Shown: piece by piece, positions 53,408 to 64,000 of the stretch
Layout: each line of letters begins with the position of its first letter
How positions within the stretch are numbered: the first letter of the stretch is position 1
Assembly (NCBI GenBank): GCA_964016885.1
Contig: OZ024743.1
Span: 217,434,001 to 217,498,000 of the forward strand
DNA length: 64,000 nucleotides
Direction of reading: 5' to 3'
From: Eledone cirrhosa
Lineage: Eukaryota
Notes under the pieces: model-generated
Seen by the model: the letters and a program-made list of their open reading frames with translations, nothing else
Told to the model about the DNA's origin: nothing
The model's database searches: none
Translations under genes and position numbers: made by a program

Positions 53408-54593
53408 TCGATTGCTATAAATAATGGTTTCCAAATCTCTCTCTCTCCCCCTCTCTCTCTCTCCCTATCCCTCTCTCCCCCCTCTATCTCCCCCTCTCTC
53501 TCTCCCTCTCCCTCTCTACAGGTACATATGTAATTATGTTACCCATAATACAGATAATTATCAGGAATATCTGATAATTATATTTGAATAAGTCGGGTAA
53601 ATTAATATAGGAGAGAAAAAATGAGGACAGAAAAGCCCAAAGGAATCGACCCACGACTACTTCTAATGATTACACAGAGCGCATATAGTCGCTAACTGCC
53701 AACGTTTTAGAAGCTATAGGCTTCGAGTTAGAAATATAAACAAAATTTGATTAATTTTCGAAGCATTGGGAAATTTGAAATTTGAAAATGTGTTAGCTAT
53801 GGCTTGTTGAAATCTTATTTATAGTTATCAACTATTACAGATAATTCTCTCTCAGCACTGCGATATTAATAGCGAACTGGGTAACACATTTACATACTAT
53901 TATTGCTTTAGCTGCTAGCTAAATCACCTGTATATTAAAGTGTGCACTAAGCAGCTGAAATATGGTATAAATACAGATCTTAACAGACAAAAAATGATAC
54001 AACCGTATGTAAGCCACTATATTGAGCTTGTAAATATATGAATATATCAAATTTACTTATACTGAAGATGATGTACAGACTATTTAGTGTATTTCGAAAC
54101 TCCCAAAGCAAAATACACCACGACCGACGCATGTTTCTTTTTTCCTTTATATTTGTTCCCAATTTTATTACTATTTTTATATATTTTTAATAAAACATAA
54201 CAAACATAATTCCAAAACAAAATATAAATCAATTTACCAGTCTGTTATATCTTCGAGTCAGATTTTAAAAATATATTATCGTCCAATTATGCACTGAAGC
54301 GTTTGTTCACAGAACCTTTTACATCACATTTCCACCCGCCCCTACCCTACCTCCACAAACATATATATTCTTACATATATACATACATGTTGCTATCTAG
54401 TCTTATTTGGATCTGTTTTCTCGAAGTATTGATCTAATATGATTTCAAGTCCTTTTTAATCTGCTGTGACATAGATTTCCTATTTTGCTCTATATAGGAT
54501 GGATGTTAACCAACGTTTATTATACACCCAAATAATTTAAGCACATACATATATATATGAAGATTTATATATATATATTTATATATATATATA

Positions 54594-54632
<39 letters not shown>

Positions 54633-55685
54633 GAAGATTATATATATATATATATACACACACAGAGAGAAAGAAAGAAAGAGAGAGAGAGACATAACAT
54701 ATACCTTTAAAGGGGTTGTTTATAGTTTACATATATTATTTTTCATGATTTATATATTTTCTATCATTTTATATACACCAGGTTTCGATGAGGTGTCAAG
54801 GATTCCATGAAACAGTCGGTTGTGTAAAAACATTGGTATCCTTGAACTACAGCCAGCTATACATGTTTTGATAATTACTAACTTATTTCAACGTATGTAT
54901 CACGTAATTTATTTTATCACATAAACTACGTTACACTCAGAGGCTATTTGTATCTAGTTGTTTTGCTCTTCTTGATTTCATCGCCAATCCTGAATGGGAG
55001 ACAATTGTCTAAATCCCTACTTATTCTTGCATTTCAACAATATGAGGATATAGGAGCTAGAGGTAAAAAAAAAATATATATAATTTTGTCTTTTTCAGGA
55101 CAGATTTTATGGAGTGCCGAACACAATTATATAGCTAAATGTAATTACCTCCCTTTGCGTCTATTCTTTAAATCCTGCTATCGAGCTTTTGAATGTCATG
55201 TATCCGGCATCAATAGAACACTACAGAGTACCCTATGAATTTGTGGTCTTTGTAGTAACTAATGCATTTAATCATTGTAATGTCATTTATATGAACGTGA
55301 TCTCATACAGCTTGAATACAAACTATAATATATTGTTATGCCTGGTTGAATAATATTTCAATTACAAGCGGTGTTTCATACTAATGACATTAGACAAAAA
55401 ATCCAACATGTCTCATTATTCGCAATGTCTTCCAGCTATTTACTTATCATCTATCGTGCACTGGAATAATAGTAAAAGCCGTAGCACTGTTGCTTAGTTT
55501 CCATAATTAACCAGTCAATCCTAAATGCTATCTTACATTATTTCCCTACAAGTAACTCCAAAACTTGTTGAGTGCTTTATATCAGTTATAAAATATTTAC
55601 TTGTTGTAACCCAACAATTTTAAATAAAACTTTTGCATATATATGTATATGTATATTTATATATATATATATATATATGTGTATA

Positions 55686-55773
<88 letters not shown>

Positions 55774-56082
55774 TGTGTGTGTGTGTGTGCGTATGTGTGT
55801 GCGTGTGTGTGTGCATTATTCATTACTGAAGGTTAAAATATTGTTCTACGTCTATTCTCTCACGGTATCGTTTACTGCTCTGAAGTCAGGGTCAGAATAT
55901 AGAAACTAGAAAATGTCATACTGCTGTCACAATATATGTCGTTATTCTGAACAGCTATCAGTTGATACCGTTGACAATGTTGTTATGTCAAAGGGTTCAA
56001 ATGGACAGCAAATAAAGCAAAAAGTCTCTTTTACACTCCCTTTCTCTCTATCTATCTACCTCAATATATCTCAGTCTCTCAA

Positions 56083-56419
<337 letters not shown>

Positions 56420-56673
56420 ATATATATATATGTATATGTATATGTATATGTTTATATATATATATATAATTTAGTTATTCCTGCTTCCTAACTACTGCTC
56501 GTATATGTGTATACATTTTTGAGTGCATATATATCTGTGTATATGTATGTGTATGTATTTATGTTCTTGTCCGTATTTCTATGTAGACGCAAATACGCTT
56601 ATCTGAGAAGTATATGTCTACGTACCTTTTAGTATATGTGCGTAGTTGAGTGTGTGTATGTTTACGTTCTAGA

Positions 56674-56716
<43 letters not shown>

Positions 56717-56819
56717 TTCCCTTATTTTTATTTTCACCCGGTTTTTTTTTCAGCTTCACTTTCATATTTCCTAAATTTTCTTTTCAAATCCATATTTAAT
56801 ACATACACCTTGTTTTTTA

Positions 56820-56880
56820 TTCATTCTGACGACCGAAGACAGACACAATATCTGTCTTCAAGAAACCACTGGTAAATGAA
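56820..56880 (+). ncRNA. type I hammerhead ribozyme motif
   Basis: ttcatt-CTGACGA-cc-GAAGACAGA-cacaata-TCTGTCTTC-aa-GAA-ACCACTGGT-A-aatgaa. Confidence 0.85.
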
Positions 56881-57038
56881 ATAATTATCTTATGTTGTTT
56901 ATTACATAACTAATAAGCTCTGTAGCCTACATAGAGCACTCTTGTTTCCTGTACCTTTCTGACGGAAATACTTCATTTATATATATATATATATATCTGT
57001 CGATCTTACTATCTCAAATGAACTCACCCTCGCTCTAT

Positions 57039-57204
<166 letters not shown>

Positions 57205-57338
57205 TTATATGAATGTGTATGTGCCTTTGATGTGATCGTGTGTCTGTGTATGTATCTTTACCCATATGTATATATTTAAATATATCTATATATATATATA
57301 CACAATCAAACGCATACACGTGCGCTTGCTCATCCCCT

Positions 57339-57370
<32 letters not shown>

Positions 57371-57452
57371 CACACACGCACACATACACACATACACACA
57401 GTCACACACACACTCACACACACACATACACACACAACACATACACTCACAC

Positions 57453-57493
<41 letters not shown>

Positions 57494-58104
57494 CATACAA
57501 ATTTAGAGATGTAAAATATATTATGCAGCTGTTTACACACAACAAGCACACATAGAAGCACTCACACCAAGCTCTTGTTTTGATTTCCATTTCTCTTATT
57601 TTTATTATTGAAATACGCGTTGGATTCTGTTGATATGTTTATATGGGCACTGATGTATAGAAGATGTATTAGGCTTGTGTGTGGGATTTAAATATAATAG
57701 AGAATAATGTTTGGAGAATAATAACCTTATTGTATTTCCGTTTCTATTGTGTTATATAATGTATTTTGCAACACTTCACGTCTACACGGAGTCTGTATTA
57801 AAAATAATTCCCATGTTTTAGCAAATATCATGGTTCTCCATACTTGAGAATATGTAAAAAGAAAATATTAATAATAAGGACAGATTGCTGAATATCCAGA
57901 GCTAGTTTTGTTATCAGAGAACCACATGCACGCAAACATAGACCGCACGTAATATACCCATGTATGTATGTATGTATGTATGTATGTATGTGTGTGTGTG
58001 TGTGTGTGTGTGCATAACATTCTACATATGTTCCGTTCAACGGACCCAGGTCTAGGACATTTAGCATTTAACGAACTAAAGTATATATGTATGTGTGTAT
58101 GTAT

Positions 58105-58178
<74 letters not shown>

Positions 58179-58251
58179 CCCCACCCCCCGCTAATGGTAG
58201 CGTGTTAAGCCAACTATCACAAATACGTATCTCTTATCATTTGGTCGCTGA

Positions 58252-58473
58252 GTGCTGTGAATTGGCAGTATCGATAGAGTGGAGACAACATGCTTCGTGG
58301 CATAGAGTTACGACCCTTTACGTTCTGAGTTCAAATCCTGCTGAGGTTCAGCAGTGGTTCAGCAGTGCCTTTCAACCGATGAAATAAAGTACCAGTAATG
58401 CACTGGGATCATTTTAATCGACTTTCCCTTCCGCCAAAATTGTTAGCCATGTGCTTAGATGAGAAACCGTTAT
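58252..58473 (+). mobile_element. tRNA-derived SINE (family A-related, older)
   Basis: gaattggcagtatcg..ctgagttcaaatcc..aaataaagtaccagtaatgcactggg. Confidence 0.75.
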
Positions 58474-59274
58474 TTGAGATGTGAGTTAAAATCTCGTCTC
58501 GTCGGAATTCATCCTTCTCCATGATTCAATTATATATATATATCAGTCATAAACCGAGATTGACTGTAACCACTGACATTCTACAAACAAGAATTTCTGA
58601 CCTCCTGCCGATGTCAGAAACAATTTACTCTTTATTCTGTTCCGATACACCGCCATTGTGCAATAATTCTCCTGTCGAGAATAGAACCTACGAAATATTT
58701 GTGAGTAAATACAAGAGAATTTTCAAAAGATTCAAATATACTTCCTCAAACTGAAAGAATGATAAAATATTTTTTCGCACTTAGATGTATCTTTATTTAT
58801 TTCCGTTTTTCATCTAATTTTTTTTTTTACTTCCTTACCTTTAATATAAAGATTCAGTAAAGTGGTTGTTCTCAGTTTTGATTAGAAGTTACCTTAAACC
58901 ATACTCTTTATCCAGGTCACGGTTATTTCTACTTTATCACAAAAGAAACTCTGGAAAATGTCCAAACTTTTGCTTCTGTAATAAAAGCAAGCAACGGCCA
59001 TAAACATCGAATGACATTCTCTCCGTTTAGGCCATTAGAATTTGTTAGTATGGCGCTATCATGTCGAAGCTTTCCCATAGATCAAAACTACATTTATTCA
59101 TGCATATATTTATGTACGGAGACAACACTCGTATATCAGACGGACAGAATCATATTTATATTAGACGCTCATATAAAAGAAAATAAAAACAAAGTGTTCA
59201 GACATATAATGTGTTCGTTCTTATTTATATCGAGTAAAACTTACTGAATAGCCCTCTCCCTCTCTCTCTCTCCA

Positions 59275-59470
<196 letters not shown>

Positions 59471-59492
59471 CACATATATACATATATATGAA

Positions 59493-59541
<49 letters not shown>

Positions 59542-59562
59542 TTAATTATTCATATATATGTA

Positions 59563-59723
<161 letters not shown>

Positions 59724-59995
59724 TCATATTACAGCGGGAGGGACAAATGAACGTTGAACGTTGAACCACATCAACCACTTTGAAGAAGCATTACTAATTG
59801 CCGTTTATTGACTTATACACCAAACAATCGATTTTGCTTATCTATCTATCTAGCTATCTATATATATATCTTATTTTATTATATATAGTTTATTGTTATT
59901 TATTAATGTTAAAGTTATTTTTATGTAAAACCCCCGCCGTCACGGCTTGTAATGTCCCAATTTTTGTACGCCCCTGTTGCAAATAAAGAAAGATA

Positions 59996-60200
59996 TCTAT
60001 ATATATATAAATGCAAGTTTACGATTCTGTGTGTCCGCCTAAAACTAGCAAACTACCGGACCAAACTCCTCAAAATTACATGTATATATTCACTATACAC
60101 TCGGACAGGTAACGGTCGAAAAAGCTTTACTTTGCAAAGCAAGGAATTCATTTAAATTCAATTTATCTTATTTTCTATTGAATATCAAAAGAGATCATCC
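59996..60200 (+). mobile_element. probable Helitron 5' terminus (non-autonomous type)
   Basis: A|TCTATATATATATAAATGCAAG..ctgtgtgtccgc..aaactaccggacc..aaaatt resembles animal Helitron 5' ends (from memory). Confidence 0.5.
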
Positions 60201-60231
60201 ATTTTGTTTTTTTATGTCCTCCAGTCTGTAG

Positions 60232-60725
60232 ATAAGAGAGTGAGGGATGGGAGAGAGAAAGAGAGAGAGAGTTAGGGATGAGAGAAAAAGAGAGAGGGTG
60301 GGAGATAGGAGAGAGAGTAAGGGGATGAGAGAGAAAGAGAGAGAGTGAGTGGTTAGGAGACAGAGAGTAAGGGGATGTGAGAGAGAAAGAAAGAGAATAA
60401 GGGATGAGTGAGAAAGACAGAGAGTGGGAGATGGAAGAGAGAGAGTAAGGGGATGTGAGAGAGAAAGAAAGAGAGTAAGGGGATGAGAGAGAAAGACGAT
60501 GAAAGAAAGAGAGGGAAAGCAGCCAGCCTTCATTAACTTTTATTTATTTATTATTTTTACACACTTCTTAACTCTCCCGCTTCCTTAACGTTATTTATCT
60601 TTTCTTTATTTTTTGTTCTCTATTCTGTAAAAAGAGGGGGGATATGAGAGAGAAAAAAAGAGAGTGAGAGTAATGGGATGGGAGAGAGAGAGGGAAAGCA
60701 GCCAGCGTTCATTAACTTTTATTTA
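60232..60725. repeat. purine-rich minisatellite (gagagtaaggggatg(a/t)gagagag-type) with a duplicated gagggaaagcagccagc..ttcattaacttt block
   Basis: Read directly. Confidence 0.85.
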
Positions 60726-61086
60726 TTTAGTAGCTGAGCTACCAGCTGATACCCGGGTTGTTTTATGAAAGTTACAATATATTTGGCACACATTACAAAA
60801 TATTTGACCATTCAAATATGATTGCTGAATTTTAACCAAAGTATAGCAGAATATTTATTGCCGTTTGGTTAAAGTAAATCATCTAGATAAAAATATCATT
60901 TTCTTTTCAGTGGTGATTTTTTTAATACAGCCCCCTATTACAGTCAGCATGTATAATGCTTTACTCATAGATGAATCATTAGGTATATTGTCAGTGAAAA
61001 GGGCATGACCAAAAAAATACATTTAGATTTTTTTTATTTATCCTTTTCTTTCTTTTCTTTTTTTTTGTTCAATCTAAACCTCTGAA

Positions 61087-61285
61087 ATTCAAACAACATG
61101 TAAAGACTATTTAAAAAACCATAAATAAAATAATTGTTTCTACTTTAGGCACAAGGCCAGCAATTACCCAGTGCATTACTAGTACCTTATTAGTAATGCA
61201 CTGGGTAATTGCTGGCCTTGTGCCTAAAGTAGAAACAATTATTTTATTTATGGTTTTTTAAATAGTCTTTACATGTTGTTTGAAT
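61087..61285. repeat. perfect hairpin (95-bp arms, 9-nt loop) containing a duplicated SINE family A tail
   Basis: 61087-61181 is the reverse complement of 61191-61285. Confidence 0.9.
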
Positions 61286-61804
61286 AAATAAAATAATAAA
61301 ATAAATGAAGCATTTACTTACTCATTTCTGTAATTCAAGGAAAGTGTATTTAAATTTGTACACTGTAGCTTTCACCAATCTTTGCCTCTGTGGCAGTAGG
61401 ATCTTGTTTGAGGGAGATTTGTTTTCTATTTCTATTAGCTATACCAACAGTTATAGTGGCTCACATGACATACATAGATACATACACACACATGTATGTG
61501 TGTAAGACAGTTGTTTGTAATTTGAAATGGATTTTGCTAATATTTCTAGTAGATCGAGTTATCACATAGAACCATTCATTTTTTGCTGAGAAAGTAAGGT
61601 GAGATTTGAAGGAAATTTGGCTACTATTTCTACCTAACAAATCCTCACTTATACTACTTTATATAGCAGAGGTACTCGGGAATACCTGCATATTCTTCCA
61701 AAGTAACACCATGCAGTAAATTTGCGGCTTCAGAATTCCTTGCAAACTACATGACTATGGAATTAGGATCTGTATTGTCATTGAATGAGGAATTACGACA
61801 TTGC

Positions 61805-62953
61805 TCATTCCAAAGTCTCTGGATAAACAACATTCTTGGTTTTGCCCTGTGGTGCCACAATGAAGAGACAATCAGGGTTCCCAACCCTTGTTGTTCCAAC
61901 ATAGAGTTGACCATGTGAAAAGATAGGATCTGCCAGATTCAACCCAACGACTTTCAATGATTGCATTTGAGATTTATTAATGGTCCTGGCAAAACTATGC
62001 CTGATCGGAAATTGAAGTCTTTGAAATTCAAATGGCAAATCAGTTGATTTCAGAGGTATTCTGGGAATGAAACAATTGTCACCAGCAAATTTTCCTGACA
62101 TGATTGCAGCTTCTAGAACATTGGACATCATATTTTTGATGATTTTCTTGTGCCATTACAAAGTTTTGGAGGATCCAGATTGCGAAGTAGCATAACCGAT
62201 GCTCCAAGCTTCAGTATCAGGTTGTGTGGAAGAATTCCCGCTCGTTCAAGACTGTTCAAAAATTCAGTTGGATAGTTTACAACCTGGTCTTGAGAAGTGA
62301 TTGTGTCAACTGATTTGTAGCATATTTTCTCTCCCGGTAACATCACCAGCAGCCTTCTGTTGATTTCTTTCACAGCAACATTTTTAGGTGCTAAGATTGC
62401 TCGTTCACAGAGCCATTTCGGATCACATTGCCTGGTCTGAATGTTTGGAAAGACTCTGGCAATCAGTACTTGTTCTGCGTCAATGATATGGCCAAATGAC
62501 AACTGAATATGGTCATTGGAGTTCTTTCCAAGAAGTCCATTTCCCAATTTATGTAGTTGGATGGCAAACTCACTGACACCTTCGTCACCAGGCAAGTGCA
62601 CGCGCATGTTGGTTGTAAGGCTCAGCAGCCGAAAGCGGGGCCAGAGATAGGATGTTTTCAGACAGGTATTGACCTGATCAGCTCGAGTCGCTCGAAGAAT
62701 TACAGGCAGAGTTTGTCTGAAATCACAAGCAAGAACCATTGTCACTCCTCCCATTATGCAACTATTTTCTCTCAGATCCCTTATCGTCCGGTCCAAAGCT
62801 TCAATTGTTCCTTTATTGCTCATAGTAGCTTCATCCCAAATTATCATCTTGCATGTTTTCAGAAGCTTGCCCTTGGGTGAGTTCTTCTTGACGTTGCAAA
62901 AAGATTCTTCATGCCGTGTGAGATCTATGGGCAGCTTTAACATGGAGTGTGCA
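61805..62953 (-). pseudogene. Helitron-type Pif1 (SF1B) helicase, N-terminally truncated, one frameshift near 62130
   Basis: AHSMLKLP, IIWDEATM, CDFRQTLPV, LTTNMRV, ERAILAPKN, MLLRNLDPPKLCNGTR, FIPRI, RLQFP, TINKSQ, FSHGQLYV, TKNVVY; Walker A and Rep domain are absent. Confidence 0.95.
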
Positions 62954-63110
62954 ATCATTGAAAGTCGTTGGGTTGAATCTGGCAGATCCTGTCTTTTCAC
63001 ATGGTCAACTCTATGTTGGCACAACAAGGGCTGGGAACTCTGATTGTCTCTTCATTGTGGCACCACAGGGCAAAACTAAGAATGTTGTTTATCCAGAGGC
63101 TTTGGAATGA
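62952..63110 (+). pseudogene. inverted duplicate of the helicase C-terminal 52 codons
   Basis: QSLKVVGLNLADPVFSHGQLYVGTTRAGNSDCLFIVAPQGKTKNVVYPEALE followed by stop. Confidence 0.9.
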
Positions 63111-64000
63111 GCAATGTCGTAATTCCTCATTCAGTGACAATACAGATCCTAATTCCTTAGTCATGTAGTTTGCAAGGAATTCTGAAGCCGCAAATGTACT
63201 GCATGGTGTTACTTTGGAAGAATATGCAGGCATTCCCGGGTACCTCGGCTATATAAAGTAGTATAAGTGAGGACTTTGTTGGGTAGAAATAGCAGCCAAA
63301 TTTCCTTCAAATCCCACCTTACTTTCTCAGGTATGTATATAGCAAAAAGGAATGGTTCTATGTGATAACTCGATCTACTAGAAATATTAGCAAAATCCAT
63401 TTCAAATCACAAACAACTGTCTTACACACATACATGTGTGTGTATGTATCTATGTATGTCATGTGAGCCACTATAAATCTCCCTCAAACAAGATCGTACT
63501 GCCATAGAGGCAAAGATTGGTGAAAGCTACAGTGTACAAATTTAGATACACTTTCTCTGGATTACAGAATTGAGTAAGTAAATGGTTCATTCAATCATAA
63601 ACCAATGCTAAATTTAGTTTCTTATTTTATTTATGCTTTTTAAAATAGTCTTTACATGTTGTTTGAATTTCAGAGGTTCAGATTGAGCACAAAAAAAAGA
63701 AAAAAAGAAAGAAAAGGATAAATAAAAAAAAAATCTAAATGTATTATTTTGGTCATGCCCTTTTCACTGACAACATACCTAATGGTTCATCTATGAGTAA
63801 AGCATTATATATGCTGACTGTAATAGGGAGCAGTATTAAAAAAATCACCACTGGAAAAAAAAAATATTTTCATCTAGATGATTTACTTTGACCAAACGGC
63901 AATAAATATTCTGCTACAATTCCTACTTTGGTTAAAATTCAGCAATCATATTTGAATGGTCAAATAATTTGTAATGTGAGCCAAATATATTGTAACTTTC

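Larger units (their letters stand above)
60767..64000. repeat. long inverted repeat: left arm 60767-61965, right arm 62950 to beyond the window end, 984-bp spacer
   Basis: Reverse complement of the window end equals gaaagttacaatatatttggc at 60767; arms are colinear with scattered substitutions and indels. Confidence 0.95.

Noticed and set aside
62954-63027. N-terminal 25 aa of the 299-aa helicase ORF in the track
   Set aside because: It is the antisense reading of the inverted duplicate, not real helicase sequence, so the ORF is not an intact gene

Overview
AT-rich eukaryotic intergenic or intronic DNA full of (TA)n, (CA)n and (GA)n microsatellites. The SINE families look like those of Octopus (recognised from memory, not checked against a database). 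No host protein-coding gene is convincingly visible, and most ORFs in the track are microsatellite artefacts. Mobile elements dominate: two frameshifted Naiad-like Penelope-like retroelements (PLEs; ~4.8-7.3 kb and 36.5-41.3 kb), a GIY-YIG fragment of a different PLE (~33.1-33.8 kb), a near full-length decayed L1/Tx1-type LINE (17.1-22.4 kb), RTE and CR1 fragments, many tRNA-derived SINEs, several fold-back elements, and a Helitron-type Pif1 helicase fragment enclosed by a >1 kb inverted repeat at the right end. The main hidden signal is a dense set of type I hammerhead ribozyme (HHR) motifs from at least 6-7 unrelated repeat families. Most have a palindromic stem III (dimer-type). They sit in PLE pseudo-LTRs, in non-coding ~430-485 bp tandem units (retrozyme-like) and in inverted repeats. 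All structures were read by eye, and element boundaries are approximate unless stated as exact.
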